Assembly: GCA_013115145.1 (NCBI GenBank)
Contig: JAAPAO010000128.1
Span: forward strand, 3,440-67,439
DNA from: Perkinsus chesapeaki ATCC PRA-425
Lineage: Eukaryota; Protista; Perkinsozoa
DNA: 64,000 nt
Direction: 5' to 3'
Each line of letters opens with the position of its first letter. Positions within the stretch are counted from its first letter, which is position 1. The position numbers and the translations under genes were made by a program. The notes beneath the pieces are model-generated. The model was not told where the DNA came from. It worked only from the letters and a program-made list of their open reading frames with translations, and searched no databases. Positions 12,235 through 25,189 of this stretch are shown in pieces.

Positions 12235-14392
12235 TTAAACGCAGTAGGAGGGCTGAACCGCGGAAACCTCGGCATCCAGCTCGGCTGCTTCGTCGGCCGA
12301 GGTGATATCGTAACTACACCGAAGATGAAGTGATCCTATCCAGACATGCTCTCACCGGTAGTGAACTGTCTTGGACCGCACCCACGACCCTGTGTTGTCG
12401 AATATGAGAACGAGCTGAGGGAAAAGTGTACCTATACCCGGCGCCGCGCAAGTCTTACTCGAGCCTCCGTGTCTTCCACCGAATATTCTCCCCGCACACT
12501 TCTGTGGCTGCTGCATTTCCCTAGCGGCACCACGAACCTGTCAGTTCAGCACGAAGATGAACGAGCAAGCCTGGAAGACTACTCCGATGTGATTTGGCCA
12601 TCCCTTTGGGAGCGGACCTCCACGCCGAAGTTAATGTCCTGCGATTCCACCCCAAAGGCCCAAGACACAATATCCCCTTTTTTAACAGTCAGTGGGATCT
12701 GCATGCTCTGGCCCTTGGCGATGGTCACCGTCTGACAGAATGGGCAGATTCTCCATCTAATCGAAAGATGCTTGGTGTACCTCAACGCCTGTAGACCCCA
12801 GGCCAAACCTGTCGTTCAGGAGACGCCCCGTCTCGGGCACCTGTCCGAGCGGGCTGTCGCATGAGCCTCCTAGGAACTCGGGAAGGTTCTTCTCATCCAC
12901 CAATTGAAGAATGCCGTTTTCGGCGGGTCTGAAAATGTTTACCTGAAATGAGTGGTAAGTAGAAGGCATGCAGAAGCTTACAACCAGAAAGGGGAGAATG
13001 AAACCGTACCGTTGGATTATGCTGGCTAAAGCAGCCGGCCTTGTAAGAAGAATATCAGCGTACATTACGGACATTAATCGAGGAGCGATGAAGTGAAGGC
13101 TTCACTGTAGAGCGCGTAATGGGGAGGCTCACCTTAGAAAGGCTGTCCTTGGGGAAGAAGGGCTTGAGGAGCTTGAAGAATGCATCAAACAACCAAGGGG
13201 CATTCAGAAAGCAAACTTTGCTGACCTGTACGTAACTTGGCTCATTTATATTATATCATCACCTACTTGCTGAGGGTAGTAGGTCTCTCTAAGCCTGCCT
13301 CCGGAGCCCAGCCTATTCACAATGGTCTTGCACACTTTGGGGTTGGACCATGCTGATTTCGGGGCTCCCCCGACGTCAATGGCCAACATGAAGGAGGCAA
13401 GCTCTCCGGTTCCTGATAAGGTAAATACGGCTTTCCCGTGTGCAGCGAATTACGCTGGTAGTGGTTATGGATCACAAGCTGCCCGAGCTCGCTCAGGTAT
13501 ATGGACATCTCCGAGAACTCGTCGTCGGTTACCTATACGAACGCCGCAGTGGTGAATTGAAGAGGCTTGAATCAGGATTCGACGATTAAATCTAATACGC
13601 TCTCTCGAAATGTTTACTGCGCCGCACTTGAGAGATTCAGAGTCTCGGATCATGCGCCACGAGTGAGAGACTGCCCACCTCGCCGACAAAGCCGTTGGAC
13701 TCTATCATTCCGAGTCTCTCGCAGTAAATGAATGAGCCGTCTTTCGCACGCAGCGGCTCCCCTGCGGCATTACGGAGGCAGGCGTTCAATGGCAAGTAGT
13801 AGGAGACCTAATACAATCTTATCAAAGAAGAGAAGCTTGACCGAATTGGTGCCGGCGCTGGAAACCTGGCCTGGACTACAGCGTCGTTCACCTCAGTAGA
13901 GTGTCTTCGAGGTGCGCAGTGGGTTGAACTTAAAAGGGCGTATCTTCTCAAGACTTACCTTCTTGAGGTTCGGTATGTCATCGAACGATAACTTCCTTTC
14001 GATTATATCGGCTCTAATGGAATCCACGTTCCTCTCTACACGCCAGGCTAGGAAATCCCTGCGTAAGATACTAGGGCTGTGGGGCAGCTCTGTTCTCACT
14101 TGAACTGCTTGGCAGCTTGCTCTGCGTCGCCTTTAGCGGCCTTGAGGAACATAAGGAGGCGCAAGTCACCGAACACATCAGGCATACTGTCGGAATTCGG
14201 GTACTCTACTATATCATCTGTTAGTAATCCCTGATGAGTAAGAATGCGCACCGATAATACGAGCCATCGCAGAGGCACCTTCAATGTTTGAAGAGCGGCC
14301 TTCTCAGCATCTGTAACCTCTGAGGGAAGGGTCACATCCTCAGCAACCTGGCAATGGAGACTTGCCCTCCCCCCAGATTGCCCCTGTATCAT
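12235..14392 (-). CDS. SEC14/CRAL-TRIO lipid-binding protein with C-terminal GOLD domain
   Basis: GDLRLLMFLKA (CRAL-TRIO N), DFLAWRVERNVDSI, FMLAIDVGG, ETYYPQQVSKVCFLNAPWLFDAFFKLLKPFF, LQLVDEKNLPEFLGG; GOLD: VTIAKGQSMQIPLTVKKGDIVSWAFGVESQDINFGV and LVLIFDNTGSWVRSKTVHYR. Confidence 0.9.
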
Positions 14393-16325
14393 TGAAGTAC
14401 GAACAGTCGAATAAATTACAATAAGAAAAGCTATAGCCCGTACTCCCTTTTATATGACTCACCAAAGTGCTATTTCCGGGGGCTATTAGATTTAGAGAAA
14501 GAGACGTTACGAAGAGTGCTTACCCGAGGGCTTTCAGGTATTGAATCGCTTTGTAGCATGCGATAGTTTATAAAATTAAAATGATGAAGGCTGCACAGTA
14601 CGTAAAGTAGTTTTCGCTAAGAACAAGAGAACCCATAATCCTCTTCAAGCCAGCATGACAGCGCAACACATGTCAGTGAAGTACTCAGGAAATAAGAGAC
14701 ACCTGGTATCCAGTGAAATCTTGGTAGCATTCTGTTGGCACTATCAGTCGCGACGCCGAACTCTGGCAGCTGCACCAAACGTGCATTCATGATTTACCCA
14801 TAGTGAGACGCTCGATCTATCGGGCCAAATGGCGGTCTAACTCAGCAATCGGCAAGTCACACGTCGAGTACTCAGCAGGTGGTTCGTGGGCATAGCACAG
14901 GTCGAATAACCGGCGTAGTTGTGCCAGCTTCTGTATGGAAGCATTTTTTCAAAATGTCGAGCTAGTATATCGAAACCATGAGCTACTCGACAATTGTGCC
15001 ATCTTCAAGGACATGCTCTGCTGAGCGCTACTTGAGAATGCTCTTGAGTGAACCTCGCAGCACAGGGCATGCAAGGGTAGCTAGACATGACAGTTTTGCT
15101 AGTAGCTCGCCTCATGCAGTATTTGCCACCTCCCGCGAGAGGCACTGGCATCAAAAATAACATAAAATTTGAGACTGATTTACGGCGCCGTTATAGCTAT
15201 ACAGGATGACGGTGGTGTCAGCCGCATTCGATATTATGCTACGGAAGATATCCTAGAGATTACAAAGACGAGTTAATTGAACCGACAGAGCTACGAGGCT
15301 GAAGGATGTTGAATGCGCGGGAAAACTGTCCGAATACGACGTTAGTTTGGTGAGCGATAAACCCTAACGCACGCGTGCAGATGCATCGAATAACCAATGA
15401 CGAACCACGTAACTCTAAAGAACTAAGTAAGAATAACGATTCATAGCCGACCACATTGACTCAGTCTCAGTGTGATTATATAACAAAGAAAATAGCCCAC
15501 AGACTTGTCTGAACTATCGTAGAGAAATCATTCACATTGCGCAGCCCACACCAAGAACTACTAACACGTTTTTACGAGTGCTGCGGCAAAACGGCAGGCA
15601 CAATGATTCCCAGCGACCACATAGTTTCGGTTACTAGCTAGTCTTACCCTACGATGAAATCGCAATAAGATCATCGGTGTATAGGAAGTAAGCCTCAATG
15701 TGTGGAAGCAATTGATCTAGATTTACCCACATTTACCCTAGTTTTACGAGGTAAAGCTTATCGCTAGGGCACAGCTCAGAAGTGCAGGAAGTATCAATGG
15801 GTGGCCCGATAGGAATAGACCCGCGGGAGACAGGCAGGCTCCATACCCGGCTCCTGTAGACCTTTCACGCAAGTGCCTTGTTCTGCCTTGTTCTGAGTAC
15901 AGCATTATCGATACCGAAGTACCTATGGCACGTATGAAGCAGTCACTGCTCCGTGGTATTGAAGGCCCCCAAGAGACGCCATTAGCTCAAGACCCCGTAC
16001 GCTCATAAGGCTGGTGACGCCGGGTCGAATATCAGAAGCCCGATATCAGAAGCCGGGCGGGCCTCTTGAGCTCATAGACACAAGTCTTAATAAGGTTTTG
16101 GAGTTAGCATTCCATTACGGCAATGAATGGTATTGTGTCCAACCTCTGGTGGTTACTCCCTGCCGCCATTTCGTCCGATCTGAGGGGTAGCAGTTACGAA
16201 GAAGTGGCCAGTTAAGCTAGATGGCTCCTTTATTAATGAGCCAATCTCAGGTCAGAATTTGACAGGCCCATGGAGGACTCGGGTAAACAACTCACGACCA
16301 TACGATCGGTAATGTTTGGTAGTAG

Positions 16326-16802
16326 GTGCTTATGCTCCGCCGGATGGGACGTGCAGGTGGAACGTTCGTACCAAAAAGCTAGATTTCTGTAAATGCCCAA
16401 ATGGCACTACCCCCTACTGCCCGGTAAGCGTTTACCACTGCTACCAAAGGCCAGGTCTACTCTCCAAGAGACGTTTACCTTCCTCTCTCTTCATTGATGT
16501 ATTTCTCAGGATTATTGGGGTAGTGAACGCCCTAAGCACTGCGTCTGTACGACCGAGTGTGCTTGGGGAGACGATTGCCCACGTCAGCCAAGTGGAAACT
16601 CCCCGCCTTATTGTCACGACAGAAAGTGCCTCCTCGGATGCAGGGTAAACCTTCTATGTTGTTCAACATGAATTGCTTCCGATTCTTTCTATCGCAGGGC
16701 CCTGGGAGAAAGTGTCCCGAAGATATGTCGTGCATATGGAACTTCTTCGATAAATGGACAGAAGACTGCATATGGCCTAACGTTGACGAGGACCTATCCT
16801 GA
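16326..16802 (+). CDS. Small cysteine-rich protein (14 Cys in three phase-0-joined exons); 5' exon(s)/signal peptide not resolved
   Basis: Exons 16326-16423, 16510-16644 and 16698-16802 splice in frame at GT/AG: GAYAPPDGTCRWNVRTKKLDFCKCPNGTTPYCP|DYWGSERPKHCVCTTECAWGDDCPRQPSGNSPPYCHDRKCLLGCR|GPGRKCPEDMSCIWNFFDKWTEDCIWPNVDEDLS*. A candidate leader MNGIVSNLWWLLPAAISS lies at ~16122. Confidence 0.7.
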
Positions 16803-17402
16803 TTGAGCCTCACGGATGCTGTCTCAGACTTCAAGAAACTTTATGTTATTCTAGCTATCTGAGCGATACTTAACTTGCCTTGTGCAGTCAATTAGTCGAA
16901 ACTGCAGTGTTGAACACCGAACTGTAGTCACACCAGGGTTCTGTTGGTATATAGTATAACGGCTATGAAGTTTGGCCATATAGTATATGTGCACAAGGCT
17001 TGAAAACGGAAGAGCCGAGAAAAATGGATTACGGCACAGCTAATATTGAAAGTGAGAATAGCCCCCAGATTGCTGCCTAGACCTACATCTGACGAGGCTC
17101 GTCGGAGGCGCGATGCCCCGATCTGGAACTCCCCTAGGAACGTGCTAAAGGCCTATCGTCAAGCCACCGAGTGCTAAGAGAATACTAACGGGCATATGCA
17201 AGTCGAATGTCGAAAAAGTAACACAAATAATTGAAATACTCTAGTCTGTGCTCAAATGATAACATGCTTGTTCAAAATCGGACTAGAAATGTTTGATAGT
17301 CATCAATTGACAAGTCTTCGAGGGGATTAGTCGCAATATGCTGGCTTCGCTCGTGCGTTCCTTCGGAGTTTTTCTCATGAGTGTTAGTTCTCTGCCACTT
17401 AG

Positions 17403-20400
17403 TTATCTGCAAGACACTTCTACAATACACAGCTGGCTACTAGTGCGTACTACGCGTCGAATAACAGGGTTGCTGCGACCAATCGTGAAGTGCTGTTTCT
17501 TGGTCATCTTGTCCAGGTTGAACTCGAGGATCTTCGCTGGGACCTCATACGTCTGATTAACCTTTTTCAATCACACAGGCCATCAATCTCCTACCTGGGG
17601 ACATTCCAAGGCTGACTGTATTATACCATTAGGGTTGACTTGCTTATTTGGGCATCTCTTCTCGACAACACCGAGAAGCATATTTCAAGCGTTCGCACCG
17701 TAGCCAAAAAAGAGCGAGTAGGCTCCTGAAAAATTTCGGTGACAGAGAACGTAATTGTGCTTCTATATGATACGAGACACCGGTCGCAGTCAATCGGAGC
17801 AGAGTTTGGAAGAAATTCAGCCTCTACAGAAGCTCTGTAAATCCGCCCGCGAAGTTCTAGTGGAAAGGCCCGTTCCTTGCAGCACCATCTATCTTTCCAT
17901 GCATTCTCACGTGCAATTGACGCTGAGGCTCACTGCGGGTATACAATGACAACACAACGTAAGTTCATGGCTCATGAGATGTTGAGAGTGATAAAGAACG
18001 AACAATGGATGAAGCGGCAGATGTTATTATGAGAGAAGCGACGAAGCTCGTTGCCAGGTCGGGTAAGCCGGCCTTGTCTCGGACTACGACGGAGTCTTCG
18101 AGAGCTCTTGGACCTAGCAACACAGAATGTCGAACTGGGCAGACGTGTCATGCTTTAGGAGCTCGTGCGAATTCCTCACCAGCGAGCGGTATGTTGCGGG
18201 ATAATAGAGTTGGAAATCATCGAGCACGCCACCGTGGAGGTACTTGCTGATTCCCAAGTCTTCAATCTGCCAAAAACTCGCTCATCTAGGACTTGGTGCC
18301 GTGACTCACCAGTTGATCGTGGTAGAGATTAATATAGAAGAATATAGTGCAGGGCCTCTGTGGAGTTGCTGGTATGTTCTCCTGGGCCCATCGGCGGTAT
18401 TTGGAAATGTCATTTCGCATGTCTGAAATGCCAGACTCATAAAATGAGTAACCATATATGAGAAGCGCTAGAGTGGGCATTGAAGCTGGATAGGCTAAGG
18501 ACACTTTCGATGGAGTTTATCAAAGAAGTTTAGAGCTTCGTCGCCAACTTCACCGCTGGAGCCTCTTCCATCCTGGAAACATCTCGCCATTGCACAACCT
18601 CCACATGGGAAGATTTCCAGAAAAACATGCAAACGTTTGCGATATACAGTACGCGCAATCTAGAGAGGTCGAAACTGTTCAGGGCGAGAAGTCCTTAACT
18701 ACAGTGAGTTTTGGACTGAAATTTCGGCTGTACGATATTCAGCAGCTAGCTAAGGTTCTGGACGCCTACAGGGCGTTCCTAGACCCGCTCAAGCAACGAA
18801 TTCGACTAATAGTGTCTATCTCGTTTTCCATTTAAGAATTCACCATCAAAGGAGACAGGTTAGTGAAACCACCTTCAACATGTTATGTTAGGAAATCAAA
18901 TCGGTATAATTATAGCGACCAGCTCACCAGAAGAAGTGGCTATGATCCTGCCTCTCCAGAATGCTGCCAGCCAGAGTGCTTGTAGAGTAGAAGAACCTAA
19001 GGTAGGAGTAAAAACAAGACAGGAAGCAAACCTACTGATGCTGACATTTGTCGAAGCCCACCCGACAAATCCCAGATCTGAAATTTCTGGGTGGACCTGA
19101 GACGTCGTAGGTTGCGGTTCCTGCACTAGTCCTTACGATATGGCGGTAGAGCCACGGTCCTTCACCGTTCTCGCACACAAGCTTCTTCTTGTATTGCTCA
19201 GGAATTATTTCCATCGCCGCCTCGAATCCGGTACCTATTATATAACAAAACTTGAGCTCTAGGCCACAACAGCGGTTTGTCAATTAGGTAACAGAGGAGC
19301 TGCGAGATATTCCCGTCTGAAATGCTTACCGAATACAACAGCGTCGCATTGAAGCTCTTCTCCAGTGTCCAGTAGGATGCTATTTCTTTTGAACTTCACG
19401 ATTGTCGCTTGCTTCGCCTCTGACAACAAGGAGCTCGAAGACATAGCGAAGCTACTGCAGACTACTTATCTCGCGGGAGGCCATTCGTTGGTAGGTGCCT
19501 TCAGGAACAACCTGAAGAGTTAATAACCAATCCGATCAGACCAGCAATCTCACAAATTGGTTGTGAAAGATATCCTTTGCATATGGCGCCTGAGGCCGCA
19601 TATCGGCAGCACCTGGGGAGATAAGCTGGTGAGCATTCAGGGTGTAAAGAATACCCACTCAATCCATGCTGCCAGTCAACGATGTGTCCCCAGATCCACC
19701 ACCACATTGTTGTGAACATACGGTACAGGAGCGACCTAGGCTCATCTTCTGTATAGTAGGCAGGCAATACCCAGGCAAATGCACGGCAAAACATGACCTA
19801 AAAACTCACCCATATGTCCCCGTGTCGCTTGCATAAAATACAGAGCACACATAAAATAATGCGTACGCAATTTTACAGTGAGCATGGATGAAGTGTACCC
19901 AATTCCTCAGCTGTGGAGGCCATTACAAGCTGTGGTGCGGTTAAGGCTGTCGCTGGCTTACATGAATAATAGATATCTTCCACAAATTGTTGGGAAGTGG
20001 CCACCTTTTCTCACGGAATAGGAAAGTTGCTGAAAAAAAGATTAAGAACAGAGGCGCGTTGAGCGGAACAGACTACAGGAAGTGCTAGTGAGTGGCCCAG
20101 CGGGCGAAAATTCAGTATTATCAAACTAAACCAGTAGTTTAACGATGGCGACGGAAGTGAGGTGATATATAGCAGGGTAGTGATGATATAAGCAAGAAAC
20201 ATAAGAGTTTAGTATCCTTTTGATGGGGGGTGAATGAAATGGCTTCACAGGTAGCCTAGTCCTACTTGATGATGGCTAGTAACGATGTTGAATATAGAAG
20301 CACACCGCTATATGCTTAGTCACATTTATGAAATGAAGTTTACAACACTATCACGGAGAGCTACAAGTTCAACGACACCCAGAAAAGCAACGTTAGCGAG

Positions 20401-21544
20401 TAGTATACTTCTTACTGCTCTTGACATCATCCTTGAGTTCGTACATAAGGTCAAGTGTGGACTTGCCGTAACCAACGAATACGACATCTTTGCCAGCCAA
20501 AGCGCTACGGTCACTACCTAAGCCGGAAAAGGGATGATGTCCAATCTGGCAAGACAACAGGATGAATTTGAGAATCCAGAATTCAGAGATAACTCTAATC
20601 CCGTAGTGCATGAATTGCACGAGTATAAGATTGAACGAACGCGAGCTTGAGAGTATCTTACAGTCGGAGCTGTGATAGACTTCCACCTTAGTGTGATCCA
20701 TATCGGAAATTTGCGGCACAGTTGTCTTCCTAAATAGGCCGGTACCTAGAAAAGCAAGAAATTCCTGAAACTGCTGTTGTATGAACCCACGCTTAAACTT
20801 ACAGATAACGACCTTATCAAAGATACGCTCTTGACCATCTTGGGTAGTGACTCGCCAGCCTTTGCCTTTAGGATTATCGAGACCCTCGACGGTAACGTTA
20901 CAGTGGATATAGGAGGCAAGTTTGAAATGAGCAACCTATACGGTGAGGATGGCAATGTTTTAAACGCGCTCGTGATCAGCTTGGGATTTGTACCGTACGA
21001 CAGGGCAGTCCACGGCGGAATTAGCTAATACTCACAAGAGTGGTTGTCGTAAGCAAAAAATAATAATCAACTGTTAAATACGTCACAGTGATCCACATTA
21101 TCAAATGCAGTTGATATCACGATTCAGCTTCTTCCTCGCCGTATCCGAGCACACTTGATGTTTTAAACTAAGTGATTACGTAATCATCAATGTAGTTGCA
21201 AATATCCTCCTTCTTCATGAACAAAGGATACTTGTCACCGACAGGAAAATCGCTGAACTCATAAAACCAGCTGGGTGATTGGGCCTGACCGAGTCGGTGC
21301 ATAAAAGCTAAGCTAAGATGACACCTACCCCTTGCCCAACGTAGCCTGTTGCCCAGACGCCTCCAACTCTGCTCCGAGCTTCGAATCTGAACCAAGCAAT
21401 CGTGCCGCTATTTGCGGACCCTTACAGTGTGGCGTCAAAGCCTTCTGATAAGAGTGCCCGCAAAGTGACAATCCCGGATACTCCTCCACCGATTATGCAC
21501 ACTGACTGCTTGTTAACAAAGCTATTTGGATTCGAGTCTCCCAT
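17403..21544 (-). CDS. Flavin-containing monooxygenase (FMO family), multi-exon
   Basis: VCIIGGGVSG (FAD), LFEARSRVGGVW, QSPSWFYEFSDFP, FDKVVICTGLF, VYHSSD (FMO fingerprint region), GKDVVFVGYGKSTLD (NADPH), CDAVVFGTGF, LYRHIV, LGFVGWA. Exons below ~18150 (to 17403) are tentative. Confidence 0.88.
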
Positions 21545-22271
21545 GAGAGATGAAAGATTATCAAAGCTTCGAAGGCAAGGTGCAAAGTAGAGCTATTTCT
21601 CAAACGCTAGCACTTAGACCTGCAAAGGGCCAAGGTAGTCCGAGAGAGTGGACAGCTTCACGGCGCCATTATGGTTGAATTAGCGTAGCTTGAATTACCG
21701 AAAGGATGAGGTTTGAAGCACTTTCGAGGTGACTGTTCTCGATAAATAGCTATGACAAGCAACGTTATTCAATTCTATCCGGGAATGACCCTAGTGCTAT
21801 CCTAGGGAGCTCGATCGGTGATAAGATACCCACCACGCATGACGCGCGACACATCCGACGTTATAACAGAATTATTGGGCGCGCGACGGGAATGAAAATT
21901 AATCGCGAGAGGACAGAGCGTTTGTTATGCGAGAAGCCCGGGACAACCATGGCCATTTCCAAGTGAAGAAAATCCACGAGAATGTGGTAGGAAATGTCCT
22001 AGCTCTGCCCCACTGCTGGAATACTTATGACAGACCTATTCTCGCTAAAAGGGGCGTTCAACTTGCCACCGATGTCATCTGTATAATTTGTCTCGAGTCT
22101 CCCCGCGACCTGACGATTTTCTCTAGTTAGGTGAATTCGGGCCGTACTGAGGTACTAATAGAAGAATGGAATTTCGGGCCTCAGTGGACAACATTCTTCA
22201 TTTTGGTCGTAAATGCGGCCAAGCATTATCACAGCCCGCCTTTGATTAATAAACGCAAGACATATTTTCAT

Positions 22272-23155
22272 TCATTCTGCAGGAGCTTCCCTCCTTCGTA
22301 TACACTCCGGCAGATCCCACTGAGTTTCACCTGACAATCAACCTTATCGACGCAATACACTCACGCATACCTGTGGCGCTATTGTGCCAATAAGATACCC
22401 CACTAGATCGATCACGGACGACACTCCAATCTTGCGATACCGGCACCACCATCGATCTATCTGCTCCATTCTCTCGAGGAGAGCTGCCGAGGAACTCTTC
22501 AATTTCATCATCGCTGCGGTGCCCTCCTTCCTCCTGACAAAGCACGACCCGTTTGTCCAATCCAACCTGAAATGCAATACTCACTTTAGTTCTAGTTTTT
22601 CTCGCTAACAGCATGCCGTTCACCATCTGCCTCAGTCCTGTGTAGGCATTGTGTGTATTGGCTGAGGCGGAACGGTCAGCAGCTTCGACGGGCCCAGAGG
22701 AGTAGGACTCCAAGCGAATCCGATGTGCTGGTATGTTCGAAACTGATCCTGATGAACATCGACGAATCCTCGACCACGATTGATGAGCTTGAAAATCAGT
22801 GGTTGTGCATCATTTTCATTTCCACGCATTAGAACAACAATGTAGAGATAGCCGGAAGCGAGAACTAAGTAACAAAGCCCAGCTAAGCTTAGCGAAGACA
22901 ACTGAATGTAGTACACACAAGCTACTAACATAGATCATCGCCATAGGAAGCCAATGTAAACCTACCGGGATGCTTGCTGCTGGGAACAGCGGTATCGGCT
23001 CCCTCTGAGATCAGCAATGACCCTTTCGATCCTGGGGGCCGGGGAGGACGGCTTCCGGCGGCTCGCTCGGAGCCACTCAACTCTCTACTTAGTCGGTCCT
23101 CCTGCTCTTGGAAGTACATGGCCAGTATCCCATCGTTTTCTATTTGTGTTGCCAC
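22272..23155 (-). CDS. Low-complexity protein with C-terminal WW domain
   Basis: Spliced WSVVRDRSSGVSYWHNSAT|GETQWDLP is a canonical WW domain. Start MATQIENDGILAMYFQEQE at 23155; stop at 22272-22274. Confidence 0.8.
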
Positions 23156-23971
23156 GTCAGGAGCCTACAAACATTTCAAGAATCCTTTGAGCATGAAATA
23201 AAACAGCAAATATTCCCCAGAATATCAGTATTTCTTCGAGCAGTACCGAAGCAGGAGCCTCATACTGCCATCCTACAAGAGCCCAGTGAACTCCTCAGTA
23301 AGAGAGAGTATTTCATCAAGCGATGTGGCTTGCACTATTTGCAAGCAATAAAGAGAAAAATAGTATCAATGATACTGTATCATCTTACTGGAGTCAGAAA
23401 TAAGACAAACCTCATACGGCGTGAGTGACCGTGATAATACATCACAGTCACGTTATGTAGCTTTTGCGGGGTATGAGAAATCCGCGATTAGATCTTAGTA
23501 GGGCAACTATCTGCCTCGCTCGCCTAGGGAGAAACATAGGCGGTTCGATTCTCAGAGTTAACGAGGCTTGTTAAAAAGCTATCCACAAGAGTGTGTAGAG
23601 GTCGCTACTAACCTCTACGAAGACCCCTGCGCGGCATGGCCAGTTTAGCACCCCCTTCATTCGAGCCTTGTTCTTTTTCCAAGCGCAGCTCATAACACTA
23701 GTGAACATTCTGTTCAAGCGAGGTTCTCATCAATATCAAAGAATGAAATGTATCCACAAAGAGCTTCGCCAAGCCTTTGCCGGTCTTGTCAGTTGCCATT
23801 GGGGCGCCGACCAAGGAGGTAGTGATTATGCCATCCACTATTCCAAGAATAAGCTACTCAAGGTGGCCGCCTCCAGCCACTGCAGTGCAGTGTGTTACCG
23901 TGACTTTGTCGTAGGTCACCGCAGTCGATTTGTAGCATTTCCGAAGTATAACTTGCACGCCAGGAGAGACC

Positions 23972-24715
23972 ATGGCTACCGAAGTGGGCACCGCGAGCCC
24001 TGCGAACATCCTCGTCCAGTTACGTGCCGCGAACATCGATCTCATTCGGGTGGGAGGCATCCCGAAACAGATGCTATTACAGTCGGTTGAGGCCCTCAAT
24101 TTCTGGTTCGACCAATCCTTCCCCCACTCTTTATGGGAGCCTGGGAGCCTCTGGGCCGGTAAGTCCTTGCACTACTTTGATTTTCGCGGCGAAGAGAGCA
24201 CGGAAATCCCTCGTTTTCGAGGGAAATTAGGACAAAAAGCGTCAATCCGACAAGTGATCCACCAGAACTGTACCACGAACGCTCGTACGCTATGAAACCA
24301 GCGCCTTTTTGGACACCTCGCGCCCTGCGCACAGGTGAAAGGTGTCATACGGAAGGGGAGAAGATCTCCTATAGGACTCCTTCTCCGTAAACTAATCCTA
24401 GAATATCAGTATTCGTCTCTGGCCTCGAAGTATTCAGGACCCCTGAATCAGGGGCAGATTGGCCGAGGGAACAACAAATCCGTGCACCAACAAACAACCG
24501 GAGCAGAGCGAAATTCGTTTCCGATTCCTGAGTTTCGGAGACTTACCGAGCCTTGTGGGGGAGGAGGTGGAATCTCAGAGGGGTCTCCCGAGAGGATATC
24601 CGGTGGCTCTGGTACTTGCGGAAGAGATGATGACAACTCTGGATGGGCTGGGGACGGCTTGTCCCAGTCCTTTAAAGATGACGATAAAAATAATGATGAA
24701 TCTGAAATACAGTAA
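23972..24715 (+). CDS. Hypothetical protein, acidic/Gly-Ser-rich C-terminus
   Basis: ATG-initiated ORF 23972 (MATEVGTASPANILVQLRAANIDLIRVGG..) with GT/AG-bounded pieces leading to ORF ending DDDKNNDESEIQ*; no recognised domain. Confidence 0.4.
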
Positions 24716-25189
24716 TTAGCAATCGCCACTTGGCTGTCGAACCTACTATGTGACACGCAAATTTGTTATGCAAATACATATACACTCCAATTTTGACATC
24801 CGCAGCCGCACTGCGGCGAGAGAACACTGAAATTTCGTAATTTGCACAGCAAATTTGCACGTAAAGTATTTTAGATTTTTGATACCCTGTTTCTATGCCC
24901 GCTATCCTTGTTTGAGGGAACCCTGGAAACCTTCGTATCAAAGACTTCAAGAGCTGATTCCCAAATATGAAATTTACGTACTTTCGAAATGTCATTTTCT
25001 CACCGACAGATGTCACATCTGAGATGTGGCGACCAGTCACCACGACTCGTGGTCGTCATCTGTCACATCTTTGCAAAATATTTCAGTTGCCTAATGCATA
25101 ATGGACTTCATTATAGAGTGTCCATTGAATGAATACGACAGCAGGAAAGCTTTCTAAATCGAATTATCAGATTCGGAGGGAACCCACAA

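Noticed and set aside
15978-17706. Partial matches to the Perkinsus/dinoflagellate spliced leader (GCCATTAGCTCAAG at ~15978; ACCGTAGCCA at 17697-17706)
   Set aside because: Too short or mismatched to exceed chance, and not placed directly before a start codon.
20777-21028. Protein-like plus-strand ORF (MYEPTLKLTDNDLIKD..)
   Set aside because: It is the antisense of an FMO exon (VAHFKLASYIHCNVTVEG..FDKVVIC) bounded by proper AG/GT on the minus strand.
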